A stretch of DNA of 40,125 bases from Leptolyngbyaceae cyanobacterium M65_K2018_010 (GCA_015295885.1 DVEE01000345.1:1-40125), one strand, 5' to 3'. Positions 20,388 to 29,774 are shown, numbered from the stretch's first letter. The notes: generated by a model not told the origin, from the sequence alone. Numbers and translations: made by a program.

Positions 20388-21134
20388 ATGAAACGGCCAA
20401 GACGACATCTATCTAACCAGCTTGCCGCCAGCCTGTTCACTACCGCGGCGCTAACCTTCAGTTGGATACCCATGCCAGGATTTGCCCCGATGGCTATGGC
20501 CCAGGAAATGATCATGAGAACGCTGACTGTCACTGGGCAGGGCCAAGAGTCGGTGCCCACCACCAAGGCGCAGGTTGCCCTAGGGGTTGATATCGAGGGC
20601 AGCGATGCGGCGGCGGTGCAACAGGAGGTAGCTCGGCGATCGGCGGCGGTGGTGGAGTTGCTGCGATCGCGCCAGGTGGAAAAACTGGAAACCACGGGTA
20701 TTCAGCTCAGTCCCCGCTATAGCTACGAAAATGGTCGGACCACAAGAATTGGCTATACCGGCAGCAATACGGTGAGTTTCCAGATGCCCACCGCCGCTGT
20801 AGGGGCGGTGCTGGATGAAGCGGTGCAGGCCGGCGCTAACCAGATCCGGGGAATTAGCTTTGTGGCCGAGGATGCCGCCCTGGAAGCTGCCCGCCAGCGG
20901 GCTCTGCGCAAAGCGGTGACCGACGCCCAAACCCAGGCCAATACGGTGCTGAGTGCCTTGAATTTAGGCCCCCAGGAAATTGTCAGCATTCAAATTAATG
21001 GTGCCAATGCCCCCATTCCTGTTCCCATGCCGCGGCGCGCGGATGTGGCCCTCGCAGAGGCCAGTGTGACAACCCCGGTGATGGGGGGTGAGCAGACCGT
21101 GCAGGCCAGCGTCACCCTACAAATCCGCTACTAG
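20388..21134 (+). CDS. SIMPL (DUF541) domain periplasmic protein
   Basis: Signal peptide ending AMA, RTLTVTGQG, LDEAVQAGANQIRGISF, GGEQTVQASVTLQIRY. Confidence 0.92.
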   Translation: MKRPRRHLSNQLAASLFTTAALTFSWIPMPGFAPMAMAQEMIMRTLTVTGQGQESVPTTKAQVALGVDIEGSDAAAVQQEVARRSAAVVELLRSRQVEKLETTGIQLSPRYSYENGRTTRIGYTGSNTVSFQMPTAAVGAVLDEAVQAGANQIRGISFVAEDAALEAARQRALRKAVTDAQTQANTVLSALNLGPQEIVSIQINGANAPIPVPMPRRADVALAEASVTTPVMGGEQTVQASVTLQIRY

Positions 21135-21167
21135 GGCGGGGTGACCCTCCCCCAGCAGAGCGACCAC

Positions 21168-21683
21168 TTACCGATGAAAACTGAAGTCATAGCCGGTGTA
21201 CTGGTTGTTCTCGTAGGTCACGATTAGCCAGGTGGTCGGGTCAAACTCCAGGGGATAGGCTTCCCGCTCGGTCTGGCCGCCATTTCGCCCAGTGGTCGGA
21301 GGCAGCACACAGTGGGGCTGGTTCAGCAGGGTCCGCACCGCCGCCTTAGGGGAGGCGGCCTCAAGCGCCAGGAGTCGGCGTAGCCGGTCGCGAGAAACTG
21401 GATTCTGCACCTGCTCCAACTTGATGCAGGCATCACTGGCGACCGGCTGAGCCTCGCCCTCACCAAGATGGGGCGTGACTAAAAGGGCGGCCAAGGCCAA
21501 CATCGAGCCGCCGGCCATGACCATTTTCTTGGAGTTAGGAAGACTAACCGAACCGGATAGACAATCACCCCCCAGTTGCCTAGATTCCGCCCTCGCCTGT
21601 AACGGGGGGGAGGGGTGATTAGCCGGGGTGACCGGGTGGGGCCGGTAGTAAACAGAAACCGCTTGGCGAGCATGCTGAGCCAT
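21168..21683 (-). CDS. Hypothetical single-pass membrane protein with a small two-Cys extracytoplasmic domain
   Basis: Hydrophobic segment AGGSMLALAALLVTP; C-terminal domain with two Cys and REAYPLEFDPTTWLIVTYE. Start is ATG 21683 or 21743. Confidence 0.7.
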   Translation of the reverse strand: MAQHARQAVSVYYRPHPVTPANHPSPPLQARAESRQLGGDCLSGSVSLPNSKKMVMAGGSMLALAALLVTPHLGEGEAQPVASDACIKLEQVQNPVSRDRLRRLLALEAASPKAAVRTLLNQPHCVLPPTTGRNGGQTEREAYPLEFDPTTWLIVTYENNQYTGYDFSFHR

Positions 21684-21796
21684 AGCCTGACCTCTTACAA
21701 CAACCCATTCAACCTGCCCACGGTTCCGCCCAGCTTTGAACATCCCAGATGAGGAGGTTCACCGCAGCGAACCGGTGGAATCGACCTTCTTAATAT

Positions 21797-21810
21797 AGAA
21801 CAAAAGTACT
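21797..21810. promoter_or_regulatory. Cyanobacterial LexA (SOS) box
   Basis: Minus strand AGTACTTTTGTTCT is a perfect match to RGTAC-NNN-DGTWCB; sits in an AT-rich divergent promoter next to a photolyase-family gene. Confidence 0.8.
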
Positions 21811-21901
21811 ATTCAGATGGCTGTGCTAGTCGTCAATTTTTGTTACGGTCTACCTAGGGACTGGGTATGGATTCCTGCGGTGGAAGGAGTTTGGAGAGGT
21901 T

Positions 21902-23566
21902 ATGGGCAATACCACGGTTGTTTGGTTTCGTCGCGATCTGCGCGTCACCGACCACGCCCCCCTGGCCCGAGCCGCCCGGCGAGGGGTGGTCATCCCCGTG
22001 TTTATCTTCGATCGGGCGCTGCTGCACCACCCCGAAACCGGATCGGCCCGGGTAGCTTTCCTACTCATGGCTCTGGCCGCCCTAGATCGGGATCTGCATC
22101 GCCTCGGAGGCCGATTAATTCTGCGATCCGGGGACCCCGTGGAGGTGCTGCCCCAACTGGTAGCGGCCACCCAGGCCGAGGGCATCTACGCCTACACCGA
22201 CTGCGAACGGATCTATGGTCGAGTTCGGGACGCTCGCCTCAACCAGACCCTGGCCCAGCGGGGCATGAAAATTCGTTGGTTTGAACCACCGGCCAGCCTG
22301 GATGAGTTAATCCCCTATCCCCGTTACCGGGAGCTCTGGTACAGGGCTATGGCCCAACCCCTAGAGCCCGTTCCCCCCAGGGTGACCGTACCCCCAGACC
22401 TGGCTAGCGACCCCCTACCTAATTTGGCGGCTTTAGGTCATCAGAGCGATGGCAAACCGATTCCGCCGGCGAGCACCCGGGCCGCCCGCCGGTTATTACA
22501 GGAGTTTTTAACGGATAAGGCAGATCGCTATTACTGGCAGCTTTCCTACCCCGGTGCTGAGGCCACCAGCGGACTCAGCCCCCACATTAAGTTTGGGGTT
22601 ATCTCGGTGCGGGAGTGCGTGCAGACCGTGCTGCAGGCAACCGATGGCGGTGATTCCCGCCGGCGTCGCAGCCACCAGCAACTCATTGCCCGGTTACGCT
22701 GGGGGTGTGGCTTTACCCAGCGGTTTCGCTATCTGCCCCAGCTCGAGTTGCGATCGCTCTACCGGGTATTTGACGACGAAGGCTGGGAATTTGACCCCGA
22801 ACTCTACCGGGCCTGGCAAACGGGGCAAACCGGCTTCCCCATCGTGGATGCCGCCGCCCGCTGCCTGCAGGCAACCGGCGGCTACCTGGCCTTAAACTTC
22901 CGCAGTCGGGCCATCTACGCTAGCTTCTTAAGCAACCTGGCAGGCATCGACTGGCGCTACGGAGCGCTGCATTTCATGCGGCATCTGATCGATGGCGATT
23001 GCCCCATTGACCACTACCAGTGGGCTATGCAGTCGGGGGTGACCCACTGTGTCGATAAAACCTGGACTCGCATTTACAATCCGGGTCAGGTGGCCGTTGA
23101 TCGCTGTGACCCGGAGGGGGTCTTCATTAAGCGTTGGCTGCCCGAACTGGCAGATGTTCCCACCGATCAACTGGGCCAGCCACCGCCCAGGTCCAATTAC
23201 CCTGCCCCCATCCTGGATTACAAAGCCGCCCGCCAGCGGCGGGTCCAGCAGTTAGAAGCCCAACGGGGTCAGTTGCTCAAGGCCACAAACCTAGTGCCCT
23301 ACCTGGCCCCCTTACCTCCGGATCTCACCCCCTTTGGCACCGACCTCTATGGCGGTGAAGTGTCCTGGGCCGCGGCTCCCCTACCCCAGCTATTTCCCCC
23401 ACCTCTACCCCTGGCGGAACTAAACGCCAGCGAAGCCAAGGCTCTGCGCACCTGGTTTGTCGCCCATGTCAATATTCTGCCTGCTAAACCCCGGCGGTCT
23501 AAGGCCAAAGCACCCAATGTTGATCCCCCCCTGCAGCAACTCAGCCTGTTGACCGATTGGCCTTGA
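21902..23566 (+). CDS. DNA photolyase/cryptochrome family protein with C-terminal extension
   Basis: VVWFRRDLRVTDHAPL, TSGLSPHIKFGVIS, WQTGQTGFPIVDAA, RIYNP, DPEGVFIKRWLPEL, YPAPILD. Confidence 0.92.
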   Translation: MGNTTVVWFRRDLRVTDHAPLARAARRGVVIPVFIFDRALLHHPETGSARVAFLLMALAALDRDLHRLGGRLILRSGDPVEVLPQLVAATQAEGIYAYTDCERIYGRVRDARLNQTLAQRGMKIRWFEPPASLDELIPYPRYRELWYRAMAQPLEPVPPRVTVPPDLASDPLPNLAALGHQSDGKPIPPASTRAARRLLQEFLTDKADRYYWQLSYPGAEATSGLSPHIKFGVISVRECVQTVLQATDGGDSRRRRSHQQLIARLRWGCGFTQRFRYLPQLELRSLYRVFDDEGWEFDPELYRAWQTGQTGFPIVDAAARCLQATGGYLALNFRSRAIYASFLSNLAGIDWRYGALHFMRHLIDGDCPIDHYQWAMQSGVTHCVDKTWTRIYNPGQVAVDRCDPEGVFIKRWLPELADVPTDQLGQPPPRSNYPAPILDYKAARQRRVQQLEAQRGQLLKATNLVPYLAPLPPDLTPFGTDLYGGEVSWAAAPLPQLFPPPLPLAELNASEAKALRTWFVAHVNILPAKPRRSKAKAPNVDPPLQQLSLLTDWP

Positions 23567-23678
23567 TCTCCTCCCTACCCTGGCTCACCTGGCTGTGACA
23601 CATGAGTACTGACCCCAGGTGCAACGGTTCAAACCGGCGGATCCTCTATATCATCAGGTAGGCATTTGAGACCTGGGC

Positions 23679-24806
23679 ATGGATATCCTGAATTTGCTCA
23701 CCCGCTTAATTATCTGGCTGGCCATTGGTTACATCCTTTGGTGGGTAATCAAAAAGTTTATCCCCGTCGCTTTTTTGACCTGGTTTGGAGGGGCAATTAT
23801 CCTCAGCATCGTGGCGGCCTCCTTTATTGCCCCCAACGATCGCACCATCGGGGCCTTTTGGCAGTTGCTGTCCTTTCCCCTCAGCCCCTTGGGCGCCGTC
23901 ATCACCCTTTTAGTAGCAGCCCTGATTAAAGGCATTAAGAGCGTCGATGGGCGCTTGGTCGTCACCGCCCTGATGATTCTGTTGCTCAGCAGCACCCCCC
24001 TGCTAGCAAGGCGGCTGGCCCTGCAATCTGAGGGGGCCGTGGAGCGGGCCTACCAAAACCAACGGATTCTCTGTAGCGATATTTGCCCCGCCGTCGATGC
24101 CGTTCCCCTGGACCGGGCCAGGGCCATGGTCGTGGTGGGAGACAACGCCGATTCCTTTCAATTGGCCAATACCCTGCCCAGCCAGGTTGACTCCAGCGTG
24201 CAGTTGGATCCCCTGCTGGTGTCGCGGCTGAATAGCGCCGCAGATGTCTATGGCCGGGTGAGTGCCGCCCGCCCCCTGATTACCGTCACCGCTGGCGCGC
24301 TGAATGGCGAATCGGAAACCGGCCAGCAGCTCAACCAGTCCATTCGCCAGCGGTTGATTAACCGGGGCATTCCCAGTGAAGATATTCGCCTCATTAGCAC
24401 CGGCATGGACATTCGCAGAACCGTGGAAGACCAGGAAAACTTTCTCCAGGAGCGCGGTCTGTTCACCCCCCTGGAGCGGGGAGCGCAGCGCACCGCCGAG
24501 CGCAATAATCGGGAGGCCAACCGAGTGATTTTGGTGGCCCCGGCTCTGACCATGCGTCGGGCAGCCCTAGCCTTTGAAAATGAGGGACTCCAAGTGGTAG
24601 CTTGGCCGACGGAATTGTATGGAGCTTCCCGGAGCAGGGGGGGCGATAGTCTAGCTCGCCTGGCCGATCTAGTTCCCAATGTGGGGGCCTTGAGGTTAAC
24701 CACTCGCTACTGGCAAGAGCTGTTAGCCTCGATGTACTACTTTTTGAGGGGCTGGCTGCCGTCCTTCACCGTTCATTGGGATGATGTGGTGGAAACAATT
24801 CAGTGA
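23679..24806 (+). CDS. YdcF/DUF218 (ElyC/SanA-like) membrane protein, divergent
   Basis: Four N-terminal TM segments, LINRGIPSEDI, VILVAPALTMRRAALAFENEGLQVVAWPT, C-terminal YYFLRGW. Confidence 0.78.
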   Translation: MDILNLLTRLIIWLAIGYILWWVIKKFIPVAFLTWFGGAIILSIVAASFIAPNDRTIGAFWQLLSFPLSPLGAVITLLVAALIKGIKSVDGRLVVTALMILLLSSTPLLARRLALQSEGAVERAYQNQRILCSDICPAVDAVPLDRARAMVVVGDNADSFQLANTLPSQVDSSVQLDPLLVSRLNSAADVYGRVSAARPLITVTAGALNGESETGQQLNQSIRQRLINRGIPSEDIRLISTGMDIRRTVEDQENFLQERGLFTPLERGAQRTAERNNREANRVILVAPALTMRRAALAFENEGLQVVAWPTELYGASRSRGGDSLARLADLVPNVGALRLTTRYWQELLASMYYFLRGWLPSFTVHWDDVVETIQ

Positions 24807-25090
24807 GCTAGCCCGCCAGCAGTCTGTGGGGGATGGATCCACGGGGTGGGGTGAGGTGTTGGAGGCGAGATGACCCAAACAAGCGCAGCCATTGCGGGCA
24901 GGTCACGGGTACCAGAAGTTGTGCCATCGTGGTGAGCCGCTTAATTAACAGGCCTGCAAGGTGTGCCCACGGCTTCGGCTCCGCACTCTGACCCAAACCT
25001 GCCAGCCAGCCTGGGTTCCATCGTGACCTCGATTCCATCGTGACAATAGGGCGATGGGAAGGTTCGACGATTCCGGCGCCGATTACCAGG

Positions 25091-26485
25091 TCAGGCCAGG
25101 CCCAGCATAAAGCTAGCAATACTGAGATAGACAAAAATACCCAGCACATCTACCACGGTGGTAATAAAGGGGGCCGACATCAGGGCCGGGTCAAACCCCA
25201 TGGCGTTAAATAAAAATGGCAGAGCCGCTCCGGCGGTAGCGGCAATGACGGCAATCACCAGCAAACTCAGCCCCACCGTCAGCCCAATCGTGGGTTGGCC
25301 CATGAATACGTAGGCCAGTACAATCACGGCGATGCCCAGTAAAATGCCCAGCATGCCACCGGCGATGGATTCTCGAAAAATCACCCAGCCAGGTTTGCGG
25401 CTTTTGAGTTCATCGGTGCTGAGACCTCGGATCACGACGGTAGAGGACTGGGCGCCGATGTTACCGCCGGTATCAATCAACAGAGGCGTAAAAAAGGCCA
25501 GGGCGACGACCTGATCCAAAACCTCCTCAAAGTTACTCATGACAAAGATGGTCAGGGTATTGGTAATAAGCAACACCGATAGCCAGGGAATCCGCTTGCG
25601 GGTGACTGACATCAGGTTGGACTGAAAATAGTTTTCACCCCCCTCGGACCGTACCGCCCCCATGGTGTAGATGTCTTCAGTGGCTTCTAACTGCAGAATG
25701 TCCATGGCATCGTCTACGGTCATCACCCCGACCAGCACCTTTTCTCGATCGACAATGGGCAGGGCCGTGAGGTCGTAGCGTTGAATCAGTTGAGCGGCTT
25801 CCTCCTGGTCGGTATCGGTGTAGGCGAAAATGACATCCCGATTCATCACATCTCGCAGACATTGGTTGGGATCGGCCAGCAGCAAATCCCGCAGGGACAT
25901 TACCCCGGTGAGCCCATGCCGGTCATCGGTGATGTAAATGTAATAGCTGACCTCGCGATCGCGGGCCAACTCCCGCACCTTGTCCGCGGCCTGGGCCACC
26001 GTTAAATCCTCCGCCAGATAAATGTACTCGGGGGTCATTAACCGCCCAGCGGTTTGGGGTTGGTAGCCGAGGAGTTGGGAGGTGGCCTGCCGTTCCTCGG
26101 GGGTGAGCTTAGGCAGAATCCGTCGCACCACCTGGGGGGGTAACTCGTCAAACAGGCTGGCCCGGTCGTCGGGGGCCATGCCATTGACAATGTCTAAGAT
26201 TTCCTGGTCTTGAAACTCCTGGATCAGGGATTCCTGAACCTCTGAAGTGCAATACTCATAGACCTCCACCGCCTTTTCTCGGGGGAGCAGGCGAAAGGTT
26301 ACTAACTGCATAGGCTTAGGTAATTCTTCTAGGGCCTCGGCAACATCTACCGGTTGCACGGGCACCAGCAACACCTTGGCCCCTTCGTAGTTACGCTGCT
26401 CCAGCAGCAAGCGCAATTGCTCGGCCACCACCTCACGCAGCTCCGTGGGCGAGCGAAAATCGAACGTCTGGGGTGAAGAAGTCAT
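25091..26485 (-). CDS. mgtE: Magnesium transporter MgtE
   Basis: MgtE N domain, TAGRLMTPEY CBS pair, GGNIGAQS, DPALMSAPFITTVVDVLG. Confidence 0.97.
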   Translation of the reverse strand: MTSSPQTFDFRSPTELREVVAEQLRLLLEQRNYEGAKVLLVPVQPVDVAEALEELPKPMQLVTFRLLPREKAVEVYEYCTSEVQESLIQEFQDQEILDIVNGMAPDDRASLFDELPPQVVRRILPKLTPEERQATSQLLGYQPQTAGRLMTPEYIYLAEDLTVAQAADKVRELARDREVSYYIYITDDRHGLTGVMSLRDLLLADPNQCLRDVMNRDVIFAYTDTDQEEAAQLIQRYDLTALPIVDREKVLVGVMTVDDAMDILQLEATEDIYTMGAVRSEGGENYFQSNLMSVTRKRIPWLSVLLITNTLTIFVMSNFEEVLDQVVALAFFTPLLIDTGGNIGAQSSTVVIRGLSTDELKSRKPGWVIFRESIAGGMLGILLGIAVIVLAYVFMGQPTIGLTVGLSLLVIAVIAATAGAALPFLFNAMGFDPALMSAPFITTVVDVLGIFVYLSIASFMLGLA

Positions 26486-26610
26486 GGCGTATTCTCAATT
26501 ATTAAAGACCAGGACCGTTAGCTCAGGGCTGCGTCCCTGACCAAAATCTGGGATGACGTGGAAGGCTAGGAAGCCGCCATCGCTTCAGTGAAAAAGTTGA
26601 GTCAAGGCAG

Positions 26611-26645
26611 TGCTTAGGCTGACTACCGCCCTAAGCAGATTAGCA
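26611..26645 (-). promoter_or_regulatory. Putative mgtE extended -10 (TGcTAATCT) with an adjacent 8-bp inverted repeat
   Basis: TGCTTAGG (26611-26618) and CCTAAGCA (26630-26637) flank an 11-bp spacer; -10 at 26637-26642 on the minus strand. Confidence 0.4.
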
Positions 26646-26798
26646 CACCAGGGTTTTACAGCCTAATTCCAAGGCTTAGCCCTGGGGTTAGGGGCGATCC
26701 CTTGAATTCTCCCCGGCCCAGCCCAGCCACCCCGTTAGGATAGGGTTAGAGCAAACTTCCCTGTCTAGTCTCCAGTTGTCTAGCCCGTTGCCTTTGCC

Positions 26799-29774
26799 AT
26801 GACCCTCGTCCAGGTTTGGGGTGCTTTGTTGATTTTGGTTCTGGCTCCTTTGACCGGGGGGCTGCCCCTGACGGGCTGGGTGACCCGCTGGTTAGCCGGC
26901 AAAAATCTGGCCCAGGTCGGTACCGGCAATGTGGGCGTTTCTGCCGCCTTTTACCACGGGGGCACCTGGATTGGCCTGTTGGCGGTTCTCCTGGAAGCCG
27001 CCAAGGGAATCGCCCTAGTCCTCCTTGCCCGTCACTATTTCCCGGTTGATCCGGTATGGGAAATCATCGCCCTGATTGGCCTGGTTATGGGTCGCTACTG
27101 GTTTGCCAAGGGCGCGGGCACGACCAACGTCGTCTGGGGATTCCTCGTTCACGACTGGGTCACCGCCCTGCTCACCCTGCTGATCAGTGGTCTGGGGTTT
27201 ACTATCTTTCGAGAACGGCACCAGGGGCGGCTACTGGTCTTGGTGTTGTTACCGTTGCTGACTGCCCTGCGCCATCCTGGAGATGGCCCTTTGGTGATGG
27301 CGGTGGCCTGCCTGAGTGGGCTAATTGCCTGGATTTACCACAAATTACCCGATGATTTAGACCTTCCCCCCGAGGGAGGACGATGGGAGTCTCGTACTAT
27401 GTTTCGGTTTTTTCGGGGCGATCGCGGCCTAGTGGCCCTTGACCACCCCCTCGACGCGACTAAGTTTGGGCAAAAGGCGGCTACCCTGGGGCAGTTGCGG
27501 ACCTGGGGCTACCCGGTGCCGCCCGGTTATGTGCTTCAGGCTGGGGATGATCCCAGCGCCCTCCTGGCCATTACCCAACCCTCCCCTAGCCAGCCGGTGG
27601 TGGTGCGATCGTCGGCCCAGGGGGAAGATACCGTTACCGTTTCCGCCGCCGGCATCTACCAATCGTTTCTGCATATCACTACCCGAGAAGCCCTGGATCA
27701 GGCGATCCTGCGCTGCTTCGCCGCCTACAACAGCCCCCGGGCGGTGCAGTACCGACGCGATCACCATCTGCCGGACCGAGCTATGGCGGTGATTGTGCAG
27801 CAGCAGGTGAGGGGGCAATTTTCCGGAGTGGCCTTTAGCCGTGACCCCATCGCCCGCTGCGGGGATGCGGTGGTCATTGAGGCCCTACCCGGTGGGGCCG
27901 ACCAGGTGGTGTCGGGGCAGGTGACCCCAGAACTCTACCGGGTGGTGGTGCAACCGGAGGATCTGCCCCCCGGGCCCGAGCTTGAATTAGCCGATAGTTG
28001 GGTCATCCCCGAGGCCCTCACCCTCACCGTGGAGGGCACCGGCACTACCCCAGCTCGGGTTTTGCAGCAGGTGGCCTACCTGGCTCGCCACCTGGAAGCC
28101 CGTTACCAGGGGATTCCCCAGGATTTGGAGTGGAGCTACGACGGCGAAACCCTGTGGTTACTGCAAAGTCGCCCAATTACGACGCTACAGCCGATCTGGA
28201 CCCGTAAAATCGCCGCCGAGGTGATTCCTGGGGCCATTCGCCCCCTCACCTGGTCCATTAACCGCCCCCTCACCTGTGGTGTGTGGGGAGAAATTTTCTC
28301 GCTGGTGCTGGGCGATCGCGTTGAAGGGCTCAATTTTGCCGAAACCGCCACCCTGTTTCACTCCTATGCCTATTTCAACGCCACTCTGCTGGGCGATATC
28401 TTCACCCGTATGGGGCTGCCCCCCGAAAGCCTGGAGTTCTTAACCCGCGGTGCCCCCTTTAGTCGTCCGCCCCTGGCCTCGACCCTGAGAAACCTGCCTG
28501 GCCTGCTGCGCCTACTGCGCCGGGAATGGCGGTTGGAAACCGAGTTCGCCCAGGACGAGGCCACCCTCTTCCAGATCAGCCTCGATAGCTTTGCCGCCAT
28601 TCCCCGAGACAGGCTGACCGTAGAGGAGTTACTCGATCGGGTTGACGATGTGCTGGCCCTGTTGCGCCACGTCACCTATTACAACATCCTGGCCCCCCTT
28701 AGCTTTGCCCTGCGCCGGGCGATACTCCAGGTTCCCGAAGAGAGCTTGGATCCCAGTCAAAACGACGAAGTAGCCGCGGTGGATGAGCTGCGCAGCCTGG
28801 CCCAGGAAACCCGTCAACTGTTTTCCGCCCAGCAATTAAAGACGATTACTAACGGCTCATCGCTGATGACCGCCCTGGCCGAAAGTACCGAGGGTGGGGT
28901 AATTCTAAACCAGATTGACCGTTTCATTGACCATTACGGCTACCTCAGTCCGGTGGGCACCGATATTGCCGTGGCCACCTGGCACGAGAACCCGGCCCCC
29001 GTGCGGGATCTACTAGCCCAGTTTGTTCTCCATCCCCCCCCGCCCAAGTCGGTTTCCCCGCCGGTTAAGTCGGCTAAAACCGAGCTGGCCCAGCGTCGCT
29101 TTGACCTGAAGGGACGGGTAAATACGCTCTACAATCGGCTCCTGGCTGAGCTGCGCTGGAGCATCCTGGCCCTTGAAAGCCAATGGCTGACTGCGGGCGG
29201 ACTCCAGCAACCGGGGGATATCTTTTTCCTCACCCTGGACGAAATTCAAACCCTGGGGTTAGACCCGTCACCGCCGACCTGGGACACCATGTATAGCCGC
29301 ATTCGGGCCCGGCAAGAGCAGTTCAAGCAAGATCAAGGCCGGGGTGAAATTCCCTACCTGGTGTTTGGCCCCGATCCACCCAGCCTGGATCGCCTTAACC
29401 TGGCTCCTGCCCGTCGGGGCCTGCAACAGTTGACGGGAATTGGAGCCAGTGCCGGCCTGGTGGAAGGCCCCATTCGGGTGATGACCCAGCTAGAATCCCT
29501 ACCAGCGGGGCAAGCATCCTTCATTCTGGTGGTTCCCTACACCGATGCCGGTTGGGCGCCCCTGCTAGCCCGGGCCCAGGGACTCATTGCCGAAGTTGGT
29601 GGCCGCCTTTCCCACGGCGCCATTATTGCCAGGGAGTACGGGATCCCAGCGGTGATGAATATTCCCCAGGCGACCCAGCGACTGCACAACGGCCAATGGG
29701 TTCGGCTCAATGGCCAGAGTGGTTTGGTGGAAGTGTTAGACGGTCCCAACTCTGGAGCCGATCCGGAACCTTGA
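26799..29774 (+). CDS. Fusion of a PlsY-like membrane domain with a PEP-synthase/dikinase-type ATP-grasp, central domain and His-swivel domain
   Basis: GTGNVGVSAA and LEAAKGI in a ~190-aa hydrophobic N-terminus; FGQKAATL, VVRSSAQGED, SGVAFSRDP, PQDLEW, LLQSRPIT; C-terminal TDAGWAPLL and GGRLSHGAIIAREYGIPAV. Confidence 0.88.
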   Translation: MTLVQVWGALLILVLAPLTGGLPLTGWVTRWLAGKNLAQVGTGNVGVSAAFYHGGTWIGLLAVLLEAAKGIALVLLARHYFPVDPVWEIIALIGLVMGRYWFAKGAGTTNVVWGFLVHDWVTALLTLLISGLGFTIFRERHQGRLLVLVLLPLLTALRHPGDGPLVMAVACLSGLIAWIYHKLPDDLDLPPEGGRWESRTMFRFFRGDRGLVALDHPLDATKFGQKAATLGQLRTWGYPVPPGYVLQAGDDPSALLAITQPSPSQPVVVRSSAQGEDTVTVSAAGIYQSFLHITTREALDQAILRCFAAYNSPRAVQYRRDHHLPDRAMAVIVQQQVRGQFSGVAFSRDPIARCGDAVVIEALPGGADQVVSGQVTPELYRVVVQPEDLPPGPELELADSWVIPEALTLTVEGTGTTPARVLQQVAYLARHLEARYQGIPQDLEWSYDGETLWLLQSRPITTLQPIWTRKIAAEVIPGAIRPLTWSINRPLTCGVWGEIFSLVLGDRVEGLNFAETATLFHSYAYFNATLLGDIFTRMGLPPESLEFLTRGAPFSRPPLASTLRNLPGLLRLLRREWRLETEFAQDEATLFQISLDSFAAIPRDRLTVEELLDRVDDVLALLRHVTYYNILAPLSFALRRAILQVPEESLDPSQNDEVAAVDELRSLAQETRQLFSAQQLKTITNGSSLMTALAESTEGGVILNQIDRFIDHYGYLSPVGTDIAVATWHENPAPVRDLLAQFVLHPPPPKSVSPPVKSAKTELAQRRFDLKGRVNTLYNRLLAELRWSILALESQWLTAGGLQQPGDIFFLTLDEIQTLGLDPSPPTWDTMYSRIRARQEQFKQDQGRGEIPYLVFGPDPPSLDRLNLAPARRGLQQLTGIGASAGLVEGPIRVMTQLESLPAGQASFILVVPYTDAGWAPLLARAQGLIAEVGGRLSHGAIIAREYGIPAVMNIPQATQRLHNGQWVRLNGQSGLVEVLDGPNSGADPEP

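Noticed and set aside
20074-20695. ORFs encoding VSNLG or PNSIR repeats
   Set aside because: These are incidental translations of the minisatellite and overlap real genes on the opposite strand.
24808-25149. 113-aa minus ORF, a 21-codon plus ORF at 24870 after GGAGG, and a 12-bp repeat TTCCATCGTGAC (25016, 25033)
   Set aside because: No recognisable protein features, and the long ORF overlaps mgtE; nothing supports function without expression or conservation data.
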